The position numbers were made by a program, and so were the translations under genes. The notes beneath the pieces are model-generated. The model was not told the DNA's origin and ran no database searches. It saw only the letters and a list, made by a program, of their open reading frames with translations. Positions 1-10,265 of a stretch of DNA of 64,000 nt are shown one piece after another; positions within the stretch are counted from its first letter, which is position 1, and every line of letters starts with the position of its first letter. Source of the stretch: an uncultured bacterium (lineage in GTDB: Bacteria > Chloroflexota > UBA5177 > JANWHV01); NCBI GenBank assembly GCA_963827235.1, contig CAWHAE010000012.1, positions 672,001 through 736,000 of the forward strand. The letters are read 5' to 3'.

Positions 1-376
1 CTCCCTGTTCACGGCCTACGGCGGCGTACTCTACATAACCCGTCCACGGGCGAGCCGGATGGTGAAACCGTGCTGGACTCACGGGTAGGTAGCCCGGCAG
101 ATCGGCAACATCTTTTCGCTGCACCGAGACATCGCCGATATCGCGGTGTCGACAGGCTGCGTACACCCACATCTGAAAGGCTCCCGGTAGTACGTCAAGG
201 AAATGGCTCCGCGCGATGCCGGCATGCTTCGCGGTGTCATGCGCCAGTCGGACACCATGTATGCTGACGCTCCAGGCGGCCGCAGCCACCAAACTGCTGC
301 TACGCCCGACCCGCCGCGGCGAGTTCCCCGGTCGCATGCCGGTCTCCTGCCGCTATGAATGCCTGGTGACAGGCCA

Positions 377-3376
377 CTAGAGAGATCCGGCGTGCCCGAT
401 CAACTGGAACGGAGCCCAGAAGAACGGCCCGCTCGCGTCTATCCCGGTATCGACCTCCTTTCGCAGTAGAGCGACCTGCGCCTGCCTCAAGGCCGCGGCC
501 TTGCTGCGACCGGCGCGCAACGCGGCGTAAAACTCGCGCATCAGGACCGCGGACGTCTGATCCTCGACCATCCAGAGCGAGAGCACGAGGGACGGCGCTC
601 CGGCATAGAGGAAGGCACGACTCAATCCCATCAGCTCGTCGCCGGCGCCGGAGACACCAAGCGCCGTCTCACAGGCGCTGAGCGTCACCAGAGAGCAGCG
701 CAGCTCCATGCTGAATACGTCGAGGGTTGTGAGTCGGCCGTCCGCGAGCTGGATCCAGGAGAGCATAGGCTCCTCCGGGTTGAACGCCGCGTGGGCGGCG
801 ATGTGCAGCAGTCGCGCCCGCGTCGCCTGCCCTTCGAGCGCCGATCTCGACGCGGCGGTGCCCGACAGCAGCTGGGCGCCCGACGCGCCGGCGACCCATC
901 GGCCTTCTGTCGCGACATGGGGCAGAGAACCTTCCGGCGCGTATGCCAGAACCACTCCGGCCGACATCGCCCCGGACGCTGAGTGCAAGTAGTCCCGCCG
1001 CCCGGCGAAATGGCGAAGCAGATCGGCGCTCGGCGAGTAAGAGATCTCGAAGCGCTCGATCAGGTAGCGGTCGCCGTCGTGCAGGGCGTGAAACGGCACG
1101 TGATGGGAAACACCGTGAGGCACGACGATTAGTCGCTCAATGCATGGCAACGAGTCCAGAGCATCGCCCAGCAGAGCGTGGTGAAGCTGCTGCAAGATCC
1201 CCCGCGCATTGACGGCCAGGGCGGCCAACGCCCGCGCATCCCGACCCACGAGCGAGACGCTCCGGCCGACGTTCAGGCGCAGAAAGCCTACCAGTCGCTG
1301 CACAGTGTCCCTGGCACCGGACAGCGTGATCACTTGCAGCGAGCCGTCGTGGAAGACGAAGAGCTGGAGATCGGGTCCAGTAGCGAAGTACTCCAGAAGC
1401 GCGGTGTCAGCCGGGCACTGGCTCGAGAGGCGGCTGATCAGGTCGGCGGCGGCGCCCTCTCTTGCATCGCCGCCCGAGTCCTGTGCATGCCCAACGCCAA
1501 GCGCCGCGGCCTCGCCGGCATACGCTGGGTTTGCCGCCTGCAGCTCCCGCCAGATTTCGGCTATGCGGCGCTGGATCTCATACGCCTCGGCACCCGCGGT
1601 CGGGCCGGCCGCGCGCACGAGCATGGAGCTCGGACCGAGCTGGGGCGAGCCGGCGTCGAGCACCGCCAGCCGGTCGCGCAGCGTCGACATCTCGTCGATC
1701 AGGGCGGCGGAGCGGGCATCGCGGGCGCGCGGCCGCACGTCTACTCCACCTTCCAGGTGCTCGGCCAGGGCGCGCGCTTTGGACATGTCGGCGTAATAGA
1801 GGGCGTGCCGAAGGTCACCGCTGCCGAGCGCCAGTTGCACGGCATCCTCGTAAAGTCGGAAACCCGTCCCGGCGAGCGAGGCGCGATCCTCCCAGGCAGT
1901 ACGCCGGTGCACGCGCGCCAGCCGGCTGATGGCACTGTCTAGCGTCTGGCGTGCGTCACTACGCTCGCCGCGATGGCTTTCCACGATGCCACGAATATGC
2001 AGAGCTCGAGCCGCCAGCCAGTCGAGACTCTCAAGCTCGGCCGTCTGTAGCACTTGGGAGGCGAACTGCAAGGCGTCGTCGTCGCGTCCCAGATCTAGGA
2101 GTATGGAACTGCTCAGAGCCCGTGCGGTGGCCAACTCGATGGTAAGGCCCGCTCGCTCCAGGGCAGGTATCACACTGCTGAGCAGCGCGTTTGCCGCATC
2201 CGGGCTGCCCAGAGTGCTGAGGAGCTGCGCCCGGGCCAGATCGACGATGGGCCACAGCCCGACGATATCCCCGTGATCCTTGACAAGGGAAGCAGCGCCG
2301 TCGAGCACGGCGATGCCTTCGAGCGGCTGCCCTCGGCCTGCATAGGCCAAGGCGAGCCAGACGGCAGCCGAAACTCTATCGGCTACGGCATCATACGGCG
2401 CTAAGTCCGCGTCGAGGTTGCCTGCGAGCGTGATTGCCTCGCGGTAGCGGCCCATCCTGACGTGGCATTCCAGTGCCAGAAGATCTGCGAGTGCCGCCCG
2501 ATACCGATCGCCTACGGCCAGCAGGCCGCGCCGCGCGGACGCCAGGGTTGACACCGCCTCGGCGAAATGTCCGAGGGCCATCAGCATGCCTCCCCGGGTA
2601 CCTTCCTCGCGGACCTCTTCCGGCTTGGCGCCGAGTACGGCGAAGCGGTCGCCCGCCAGCGCATTCGTGGACAGCGCTTCACGCACTCTCCCCAGCCGCC
2701 AGAGCAGCAGCGCGTGATTGCTTGTCGCCGCGGCGGCATAGTACGGTGGCCCGGCCGTCTCGTAGTAGTCCAGGGCCTTCCGGCTGTAGTCGAGGGCGTC
2801 AGCTGGGCAGTTGAAGCGTTCGAACAGCAGGGCCAGCATGGCGTCGAGCGCCGCAAGTCGAAGCAAGTCTCCGTGTTCGAGAAGAATGTCGCGCGCCGTG
2901 TGGGCCCGTTCCAGCGCCTCAGAGAAGCGACCGAGCATGGCGCACACGGCGGTGCGACAAATCTGCGCGCGAGCCCAGCCTGTCTCGTGACCATGGTGAC
3001 GAAAGAGCTCCGAAGATTCGTCGAGGCCGTGTAGGGCCTCGTGGAAACGGCCTTGATCGTATTGCACCGTGGCGGCGGTCATCCTGGCCAGGGCGACCAC
3101 GGTAGGCTCTCCGGCGATCGTTCCCAGCTGCTCGATCATGGCGCACCAGCGCAGCGCGAGCTCCTTGTCCTGGAAGCGCAGGCGGTCGGCCTCGTCCTTG
3201 AGCGCCTCGGCGGTCTCCCAGACGTCGCCGGCCTGCGCCGCCTCCGCGAGCAGCGCGGACCTCTCCTCCGCGTCGCGGCATGCCCGGAGCCGTTCGACCA
3301 GGCGCTCCCGGCTGAAGCCCGCGTCGCCGGCCGTCATCCGGCGCGCAGCAAGGAGGAGATCACTCGGCGTCTCCAA
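377..3376 (-). CDS. TPR-CHAT domain protein (caspase-like cysteine protease, C-terminal CHAT domain)
   Basis: Long helical TPR-like N-terminal region. The C-terminal CHAT domain has LIVVPHG, catalytic His (LLHIAAHA), catalytic Cys (LSACET), AFLYAGA..SLW.V.D and PFFWAPF motifs. The start overlaps the upstream anti-sigma stop. Confidence 0.92.
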   Translation of the reverse strand: METPSDLLLAARRMTAGDAGFSRERLVERLRACRDAEERSALLAEAAQAGDVWETAEALKDEADRLRFQDKELALRWCAMIEQLGTIAGEPTVVALARMTAATVQYDQGRFHEALHGLDESSELFRHHGHETGWARAQICRTAVCAMLGRFSEALERAHTARDILLEHGDLLRLAALDAMLALLFERFNCPADALDYSRKALDYYETAGPPYYAAAATSNHALLLWRLGRVREALSTNALAGDRFAVLGAKPEEVREEGTRGGMLMALGHFAEAVSTLASARRGLLAVGDRYRAALADLLALECHVRMGRYREAITLAGNLDADLAPYDAVADRVSAAVWLALAYAGRGQPLEGIAVLDGAASLVKDHGDIVGLWPIVDLARAQLLSTLGSPDAANALLSSVIPALERAGLTIELATARALSSSILLDLGRDDDALQFASQVLQTAELESLDWLAARALHIRGIVESHRGERSDARQTLDSAISRLARVHRRTAWEDRASLAGTGFRLYEDAVQLALGSGDLRHALYYADMSKARALAEHLEGGVDVRPRARDARSAALIDEMSTLRDRLAVLDAGSPQLGPSSMLVRAAGPTAGAEAYEIQRRIAEIWRELQAANPAYAGEAAALGVGHAQDSGGDAREGAAADLISRLSSQCPADTALLEYFATGPDLQLFVFHDGSLQVITLSGARDTVQRLVGFLRLNVGRSVSLVGRDARALAALAVNARGILQQLHHALLGDALDSLPCIERLIVVPHGVSHHVPFHALHDGDRYLIERFEISYSPSADLLRHFAGRRDYLHSASGAMSAGVVLAYAPEGSLPHVATEGRWVAGASGAQLLSGTAASRSALEGQATRARLLHIAAHAAFNPEEPMLSWIQLADGRLTTLDVFSMELRCSLVTLSACETALGVSGAGDELMGLSRAFLYAGAPSLVLSLWMVEDQTSAVLMREFYAALRAGRSKAAALRQAQVALLRKEVDTGIDASGPFFWAPFQLIGHAGSL

Positions 3377-4097
3377 CGCTCACACCCTCGACCACCAACT
3401 CACGGTCGGCGCAGCGCAGCTCCAGATCGTAGGTGCCTGCCGGCAAGCCCGGCACGGCAAAGCTGCCGAACTCGTCGACCGCGCCGCCGGCCACCACGTT
3501 GCCGCCGGCAACCGCGCGCACCTCGCATCCTGCCTCGGGCGGCACCCCGGCCAGGTCAACCAAGCCTAGAAGCGTCCACGATCGCGCGTCCCCGCTGCCC
3601 TCCGCCTGGGTGCTGAGCGATACCGTCATGCCATCCGCTTCGTAGGCCTGACCATCGTTCCGGCCGTCGCCTCGCAGGCCCGCCGCGGCCAACCCGGGTA
3701 CAGGCGCGGGCAGTAAGCGTGCGAGAAGCCGGCGGATCGGGCCGGGCGCGGGTACCGCGTCCGCCAAGGGATCGCCGGCCAGGTCGGCGCCGAGCTGGCG
3801 CAGCTCCTCGGCGCACATTCGACATTCGACCAGGTGGCCCCGGATTGCGAGCGCCTCTCCAGTCTCCAGCATGCCCAATACCAGCTCGCCCAGCGTCAGC
3901 GGTGAAGGGCACGCGCTGCGCAGCAGGAGTGGGCGCAGTCTGCGGTCGAGTCGTGAGTATTCGGCCACGATCTGTGCGCATTGGGCACACTGCCCGGCAT
4001 GCTGGCGTGCGGCCTCGATGTCCTCACCGGTAGCCAGGGCCATGAGCTGGTCGAGGTCGAAGTGCCCGGGCATCGTACTGTTCGGAATCCAGTCCAT
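3360..4097 (-). CDS. Putative zinc-finger (zf-HC2-type) anti-sigma factor with C-terminal beta-sandwich (carboxypeptidase-regulatory-like) domain
   Basis: Two HxxxCxxC motifs (HAGQCAQC, HLVECRMC). C-terminal DEFGSFAVPGLPAGTYDL motif. No TM segment. Lies directly downstream of the sigma factor. Confidence 0.75.
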   Translation of the reverse strand: MDWIPNSTMPGHFDLDQLMALATGEDIEAARQHAGQCAQCAQIVAEYSRLDRRLRPLLLRSACPSPLTLGELVLGMLETGEALAIRGHLVECRMCAEELRQLGADLAGDPLADAVPAPGPIRRLLARLLPAPVPGLAAAGLRGDGRNDGQAYEADGMTVSLSTQAEGSGDARSWTLLGLVDLAGVPPEAGCEVRAVAGGNVVAGGAVDEFGSFAVPGLPAGTYDLELRCADRELVVEGVSVGDAE

Positions 4098-4179
4098 GGC
4101 AGCTACGCCTCCAGGTTCCTATTCATCACATGGAAGTAAACGCAGGCCGGAGCATCAATTAGAGGATCGAGCCGGCCCA

Positions 4180-4830
4180 CTACTGCACTTCGCGAAAGAG
4201 CTCCGATCGCCGCAGCCGGTCGAGCGCGTTACGCTTCGCCTGGTACACGGCCTGTACGTCGGGAAACGAGTGTGGATACCTGGCAGAGATCTCGCGCGGA
4301 CTGAGGTCCACGGCATACGACAGGTAGAGCACATGGGCCGCCCGTTCGTCCTGCAGTACGATGCCGATGCGCTGCCACAGCGCCGCATCGTCCACCATCT
4401 CCGCCACGCTGCCCTCGACGTCGTCGCCGGCCGGCATGGCCTCGGCAGCGGCCGCCTGCTCGGTCTGGGCGCCCGCCTGCAGGGCGCGGGCGTGATCGAT
4501 CGCCACCGTGCGCACGCACATCTTGAGGTAGCCGAGCACAGCCGATAGGGAGGCGAAGCGGCCGAACTTCTCGCCGTCGACGGCCTGCCAGAAGCGCTCG
4601 AATGAGGCGGGCACCGCCTCGTCGGGATCCATCTTCGTGCCGAGCCAGCGCCGGACGAAGGCGGCGTACTGATTGTAGACCGCAGTCCACGCCTCCTCGC
4701 TGCGCAGGACTATGGCGCGGCGGAACAGTTCCAGGCAGAATTCGTCCCGCGACGGCTCGGCGCGCATGTAGCGCGCGGTCTGCTCGCTGCAGCTTCCCGA
4801 TAGCTCGTCCACGGTAAGGGCGTCAAGCAT
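4180..4830 (-). CDS. Divergent ECF-type sigma-70 factor
   Basis: Region-2-like (ELFRRAI..EEAWTAVYNQY..VRRWL; YLKMCVRTVAID) and region-4-like (LSPREIS..KRNALDRLRR) segments. AGGAG RBS before ATG 4830; alternative starts run up to 4908. Confidence 0.8.
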   Translation of the reverse strand: MLDALTVDELSGSCSEQTARYMRAEPSRDEFCLELFRRAIVLRSEEAWTAVYNQYAAFVRRWLGTKMDPDEAVPASFERFWQAVDGEKFGRFASLSAVLGYLKMCVRTVAIDHARALQAGAQTEQAAAAEAMPAGDDVEGSVAEMVDDAALWQRIGIVLQDERAAHVLYLSYAVDLSPREISARYPHSFPDVQAVYQAKRNALDRLRRSELFREVQ

Positions 4831-5021
4831 GACGGCGTGCTCCTGGGCGGTGGCTTGGGTTCTCCTCTGAGCCGTTTTCAGCATGATCATACAGTTCCCG
4901 GAAGTCAAGGCGTGTTGCCGCGACCAGGCAGCCGCTCAAACCGGCTGTGGTATTCTGAGCTGAATGGAGACGATCAGGCGTTCGAAGCACTTCGGGCGGC
5001 GCTACCTGAGCCGGCGATAGC

Positions 5022-7511
5022 ATGACGACGCGCGAAGCGAATGGTTTTGGCGCTCTGTTGCGGCGTTACCGCCTCCTTGCCAATCTGACGCAGGAAGGGC
5101 TAGCCTCGCGCGCCCAGCTCAGCGTAGAGGCAATCAGCGCTCTCGAGCGTGGGCGGCGCACGGCCCCGCGCGCTGAGACGATTGCCCTGCTGGCCACCGC
5201 CCTCGATCTACTGCCGGCCGAGCGGGCGGCCCTCGTTGGAGCGGCAAACGGTCTCGCGTCTTCCGCGGAGATCCCGGAGTCTCCCCAAGTATCCGCGGCC
5301 AGACCGCTCGATCCGGGCGGCAGCGGTATGCTCCCGGTCCCTCCCACGGAGCTCGTCAACCGCGAGCGCGACGTGCCAGCCGTGATCGGGCTACTCCGGC
5401 GCGGCGATCGGATGGCCGGCTCGCGCCTGGTCACCCTGACCGGCCCGGGTGGCGTGGGCAAGACTCGCCTGGCCCTGGTGGTCGGTGCGGCCTTGCGGGA
5501 GCACTACGCCGACGGCGTCGTGTTCGTCGACCTCAGCCCGGTGGGCGATCCCGAGCTGGTAGGCTCGGCGATCGTGCACGCACTGGGACTGCCAATCTCC
5601 GGCCCCCAGGGTGTCGCGGACCGCCTGCTCTCTCATTTCAGGGGGCGGCACCAGCTCCTCGTGCTGGATAACTTCGAGCACGTGATTCCTGCCGCGACGC
5701 TGGTTGCCTCGTTGCTCGCGACCTGCCCTCGGCTCTCCGTGCTAGCTACCAGTCGCGTCGCACTCCGCATCAGAGCTGAGCAGCGATATCCGGTGCCGCC
5801 GCTGGACATACCACAGGAGGGCACGCCCGCGACTGTCGAGGTGCTGCTGCACTTCCCGGCCGTGCGCCTTTTCGAGGCGCGCGCGCAGGCCGTGCGGCCC
5901 GCGTTCGCGCTCGACGCGGACAACGCCCCGGCGGTGGCCGCCATCTGCCGGAGGCTGGATGGCCTGCCGCTGGCCATCGAGCTTGCCGCGGCCCGGATCT
6001 CGCTGCTCTCGCCGCAGGCGCTGCTTGCTCGCCTGGAGCGTCTGCTGGGCGCACTGGTCGGGGGAGCGCACGATCTGCCCGCGCGTCAAAGGACCATTCG
6101 CGCCACCATCGACTGGAGTTACGAGCTGCTCGAGCCCGAGGAGCAGCTACTGTTTGCCCGCATCGCCGTGTTCGCGGGCGGCTGTACGCTCGAGGCGGTG
6201 GAGGCCGTGTGCGATGCCGAAGGCAGTGGCGCAGTGCTGGAGCGTGTCTCGTCGCTCGTGGACAAGAGCTTGCTTCGCCGGCTGGATAGCGAGGCCGGAA
6301 CTCGGCTCGTAGTCATGGACACGCTGCGTGAGTATGCCTGGGAGCGGTTGCAAGCTAGCGAGGAGACCGGCGCTACCCAGAGGCGTCACAGTGAGTATTT
6401 TCTCGCCGAGCTGGAAGCAAGCGAGGGCGACGTGATCGGCCCTCTGCAGCGCGCGTGGCTGGAGAGGTGGGAGCGGGAGCACGACAACCTGCGCGCAGCG
6501 TTGCGGTGGGCTCGTGACTCAGGCTCGCGCGAGATCGGCCTGCGCCTGGGAGGCATGATGTGGCGCCTGTGGCTGCTGCACGGTCATCTGAACGAGGGCC
6601 GAGCCTGGCTGGAATCGATGCTGGCCAGCTCCGAAGAGGTGCCGGCCGAGGTGCGAGCGCGCGCCGTGCGTGGCATGGCCGCCTTGACCGTGGAACAGCA
6701 CGACCTAGAGGCCGCGGCGAGGTGGTGTGAGTCAGGCCTGGGCCTCTACCGCGAGCTGGGGGATGAGCCGGGCGTGGGCGATATGCTGAACAGTCTGGGG
6801 ACCATCGCGCGCCTGCAGGGAGACTACGCGCGCTCGCGATGCTTCTACGAGGAGAGTCTTGCCGTGCGCGAGCGCGCGAGCGACACGTACGGACTGGCCG
6901 TAGCCCTGAACAACCTGGGTGCCACGGCCAGGCTGGAAGGAAACCTGGAGCTGGCGCGCGAGCTGCATCAGCGGAGTCTGCCGTTGCGGCGCGAGGCCGG
7001 GGACACGTGGGGCGTTGCCTACACGCTCCACAATCTGGCAGCCGTTGCCCTGGAAGAGGGTGATAACGCGACGTGCTCTGCCCTGATCGACGAGGCGATC
7101 GCCTTGAGGCGCAGTCTCGGCGATCGGCGTGGGATGGCGGACTCGCTGATCATCGCCGGGTCGGTGGCGCGGGCGCGCGGTGAATCGACGGTCGCCGCGG
7201 CCCTCTTTCGCGAGAGCCTGGCAACGCTGGCCAGCTTGGGCGACACCGCGGTGACTGCCGCGGCCCTGGAAGGGCTGGCGTCCGTGCTGGGCGTGCTGGG
7301 GCAGGCCCGTCAGGGCGCCCGGTGGCTCGGCGTGGCCGCCTCCCTGCGCGAGGCCGGCGGGTCGCCACCGTCTCCGGCGCAGCGGATGCTTGCCGAGCGC
7401 GTGCTGCAGGACGTACGAGACTCGATCGGCGCCGCGCTGGCCGACGCCGCCTGGAACGACGGGCGGCTGTTGCCCTTGGACCGCGCCCTCGCCGAAGCAA
7501 TCCGAGCCTGA
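5022..7511 (+). CDS. XRE-HTH + STAND (NB-ARC-like) ATPase + TPR transcriptional regulator
   Basis: N-terminal HTH_3 (LRRYRLLANLTQEGLA..ISALERG), Walker A GPGGVGKT, Walker B LLVLDNFE, GLPLAIELAAAR motif and C-terminal TPRs. Confidence 0.93.
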   Translation: MTTREANGFGALLRRYRLLANLTQEGLASRAQLSVEAISALERGRRTAPRAETIALLATALDLLPAERAALVGAANGLASSAEIPESPQVSAARPLDPGGSGMLPVPPTELVNRERDVPAVIGLLRRGDRMAGSRLVTLTGPGGVGKTRLALVVGAALREHYADGVVFVDLSPVGDPELVGSAIVHALGLPISGPQGVADRLLSHFRGRHQLLVLDNFEHVIPAATLVASLLATCPRLSVLATSRVALRIRAEQRYPVPPLDIPQEGTPATVEVLLHFPAVRLFEARAQAVRPAFALDADNAPAVAAICRRLDGLPLAIELAAARISLLSPQALLARLERLLGALVGGAHDLPARQRTIRATIDWSYELLEPEEQLLFARIAVFAGGCTLEAVEAVCDAEGSGAVLERVSSLVDKSLLRRLDSEAGTRLVVMDTLREYAWERLQASEETGATQRRHSEYFLAELEASEGDVIGPLQRAWLERWEREHDNLRAALRWARDSGSREIGLRLGGMMWRLWLLHGHLNEGRAWLESMLASSEEVPAEVRARAVRGMAALTVEQHDLEAAARWCESGLGLYRELGDEPGVGDMLNSLGTIARLQGDYARSRCFYEESLAVRERASDTYGLAVALNNLGATARLEGNLELARELHQRSLPLRREAGDTWGVAYTLHNLAAVALEEGDNATCSALIDEAIALRRSLGDRRGMADSLIIAGSVARARGESTVAAALFRESLATLASLGDTAVTAAALEGLASVLGVLGQARQGARWLGVAASLREAGGSPPSPAQRMLAERVLQDVRDSIGAALADAAWNDGRLLPLDRALAEAIRA

Positions 7512-7706
7512 GGCATCGGGTGGAGCAGCCGCGAGCGGGCAGCGCCGCGCCGCTGCGTCAGTGCGGGACGTCCCGCTACATAGCCTCCGCGCCCGCGCAC
7601 AGTAGACTGAGTTGGCCGCCGTGCCGGGCATCGTGGGTTCATGTTGGCGGAATGGTGGGTTCCTACGCACTCGACGGGGCAACCTATGCCTCTGAGCTCG
7701 GCGCGC

Positions 7707-10265
7707 CTACGAGCCTTTGCTCAAGCTATCTGGATTCGCCTGCAGGAGGTTCGGATCGAGATGTGATTGGCTGGCGCCTTTCGGGTACCGGCCGTGCACA
7801 CCCGATTGGAAGCTGAGCACATTGCCCGCATCAAGGGTTCGGCGATCGAGAACTGCTGCGCGTTCATCACGATCGCGCTCAGTAGCCTCGTGGGCAAGGC
7901 GCGAGCGCTTATCAGGGAAGTCGACGTCAGGAGCAGGTAGCGTCGAAGCGGTATCCGCGGTAGCGAGAACTGTCAGTGTTCCCTCGGCGATGGCCCGGTC
8001 GAACGCGTTTACCACCGAAGGATCGAACTGCGTATTCCGGCCTTCACGTACGCGGCGGATGGCCTCAGCCACAGGTAGCGCCGCTCTATATGTACGGCTG
8101 CTCGTCATCGCGTCGAACGAGTCCGCCACCATCAAGATCGCGGCATCTCGGGGGATGGCGTCCCCGGCTAGGCCGTCTGGATAGCCTTTGCCATCCCACC
8201 GCTCGTGATGGTGGCGCACGGCCGGGAGGATATCACGTAGAAACGGGACCTGACTGAGCATGCGCTCGCCGATCACGCTGTGCTGCTGAATGGCCGAGAA
8301 TTCCTCAGCGCTCAGTCTGCCCGCCTTCATCAGGATCGCATCGGGCGCGCCGATCTTGCCCACGTCGTGCAGCAGGCCTGCCAACCGGACGCGCGCCGGC
8401 TCCCCCGGGCCGAGGTCCATGGCCTGAGCCAGGATACCGGCATACGCGCTTACCCGCTGCGAATGCCCTCGAGTGTACGCATCTTTGGCGTCGACGGCGG
8501 CGGCCAGTGCTTCCACGGTCGCCAGGTTCGCGTGCTCCAGGCGTTTTGCCAGGGCCGCCGGGTCCTGGTCCACGGCGAGTGCAGCGTCCTCGGGCCGGCA
8601 TACCCTGCTCTTACCGGTTTGCTTGGCTGCATAGGCCGCGTGGTCCGCGGCTTGAATGAGCGCCTCACGCGTCTGCCCGTCCAGAGGGAACGCTGCCACG
8701 CCGATGCTGGCACCCACCGACACGGGCACACCTCCGGCTATCACACGAAGCGAGTTGATTGCAGCCAGCCCGCGCTCTGCCACCATCATACCCTCTTCAA
8801 GCGATGTCTCCGGCAGGATCACCGAGAACTCGTCACCGCCATACCGCGCCACGAGGTCGGTAGCACGGACGCTCTCACGTATGGCACCAGCCACTGCCAT
8901 GAGCATCGCGTCGCCATTTTGGTGGCCGTACGAGTTGTTGACGGACCTGAAGTCATCGAGATCAGCCATCATAACGACCAGAGGCTGACCGGAGCGCGCC
9001 GCTCGAGCCACTTCTTCGGCGAGTCGCGTTTGGAAGCTCCTGTGGTTGAGCAGTCCGGTCAGGCCGTCCGTCGACGCTTGCGCCAGCGCTCGTTCATGCA
9101 GCACCGCATTCTGCAATGCGATCGTCGCCTGGGTAGCCAGGATGGCCAGGGCATCCTGATCGTCCCTGTTGAAGTCCTCCGATATCCCGGCCAGCCGCAG
9201 CATGCCGGTCACGCCTTCGCCTTCCACCTCCAGCGGTACAAGCACTGTGCGCTCTGGTTCGCCCTCGGCTTCCCGAATGCCCCTGCCTACAGAGCTTACC
9301 GCGACATGGTGCGGACCATGGTCATCACTGTCGCCGGGCGCCAGCACCAGCCTCTCAAGCCGTGTCGGGTCCGCATGGTCTCGCAGATAGCCGGTCACGA
9401 CGCTGGCCCCGGCAAGGGTGCGGGCGGCGGTCGCCACGGTGAGCAGCAGGTCGGCTTGCGAATGCTTCAGGCGCATGCCCTGACCGGCTTGAAGCACGAC
9501 TTCCAGCTGTTCACTGCGGCGATGCAGCGCGGCGGCCCGCTCCTCCGCTTGGGAGATGGCGCGGAAGGCCACGCGGAGTGCGACAACAGGCAGGATCACC
9601 AGACTCAGGGCTGTCGCATCATACTGCCAGGCGATTGCCGCCAAGAAACCGATTGTGCTCGCTGCTAGCTCGGGTAGTATGGTGAGCCGGTACGTTTGCC
9701 ACCAGATCAGATAGAAGGGGCGGTGCTCTAGCAAGGATAAGACGCCAAGCATGAGCGCGACGTCGACGACGTAGTAGGTGGCCAGCAGCACGATGAGGTA
9801 CGGCAGGCACTGCAGGAAATGGCCACCTCGCAGGACCAGGTCGGATGCTGCCATGTGGGACCACAGGTAACTGCTCAGGCCGACCGTGAGCGTCGGATGA
9901 CAAACATTGAATGCGCGCTTGTACAGTTGCTTCCGTGAGGAGAATGCTTGCGAGATCAGGACTGCGACGAGGGCCACCAGAAGAGGATATGGTCCCGGAA
10001 GGAGCAGAATGGCGGCGATGTGGGTGGAGGTGGACAAGCTTTGCTGGACGGATCCCGTCAGGTTCAGAGTGGTGCGTTCACCCACGTAGCACAACGCTAC
10101 GAAGACGGCCGCGGATAGGAGGACGCTGTGCCGGACGAACAGTCCGTGGCTTCCAGTTGCTGCAGGCAGCACCATCGCTCCAAGCAGGACGCAGCCTACG
10201 TAGAGAAAGGTCGTGGCAAAGAACGCCCACAGGTACCATCGCAAGGCTCGGGGCAGGGTGCTCAT
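7707..10265 (-). CDS. Membrane-anchored diguanylate cyclase/phosphodiesterase: multi-TM sensor + GAF-like + GGDEF + HD-GYP
   Basis: About 6-7 hydrophobic segments in the N-terminal ~240 aa. Intact GGDEF with RxxD I-site (RATDLVARYGGDEF). HD-GYP motifs HDVGKIG and HHERWDGKGYP. Start at ATG 10265 (alternative 10319). Confidence 0.93.
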   Translation of the reverse strand: MSTLPRALRWYLWAFFATTFLYVGCVLLGAMVLPAATGSHGLFVRHSVLLSAAVFVALCYVGERTTLNLTGSVQQSLSTSTHIAAILLLPGPYPLLVALVAVLISQAFSSRKQLYKRAFNVCHPTLTVGLSSYLWSHMAASDLVLRGGHFLQCLPYLIVLLATYYVVDVALMLGVLSLLEHRPFYLIWWQTYRLTILPELAASTIGFLAAIAWQYDATALSLVILPVVALRVAFRAISQAEERAAALHRRSEQLEVVLQAGQGMRLKHSQADLLLTVATAARTLAGASVVTGYLRDHADPTRLERLVLAPGDSDDHGPHHVAVSSVGRGIREAEGEPERTVLVPLEVEGEGVTGMLRLAGISEDFNRDDQDALAILATQATIALQNAVLHERALAQASTDGLTGLLNHRSFQTRLAEEVARAARSGQPLVVMMADLDDFRSVNNSYGHQNGDAMLMAVAGAIRESVRATDLVARYGGDEFSVILPETSLEEGMMVAERGLAAINSLRVIAGGVPVSVGASIGVAAFPLDGQTREALIQAADHAAYAAKQTGKSRVCRPEDAALAVDQDPAALAKRLEHANLATVEALAAAVDAKDAYTRGHSQRVSAYAGILAQAMDLGPGEPARVRLAGLLHDVGKIGAPDAILMKAGRLSAEEFSAIQQHSVIGERMLSQVPFLRDILPAVRHHHERWDGKGYPDGLAGDAIPRDAAILMVADSFDAMTSSRTYRAALPVAEAIRRVREGRNTQFDPSVVNAFDRAIAEGTLTVLATADTASTLPAPDVDFPDKRSRLAHEATERDRDERAAVLDRRTLDAGNVLSFQSGVHGRYPKGASQSHLDPNLLQANPDSLSKGS

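Noticed and set aside
45-110. Partial resemblance to a c-di-GMP-I riboswitch (GAAA loop, GGTAGGTAGC)
   Set aside because: Lacks the GCAAA/CTAA core elements and has no downstream gene on that strand.
8280-9668. Long antisense ORFs (also 27101-28147, 48461-49708, 34086-35033, 18047-19024)
   Set aside because: They lie opposite well-supported genes and have no recognisable motifs; expected in high-GC DNA.
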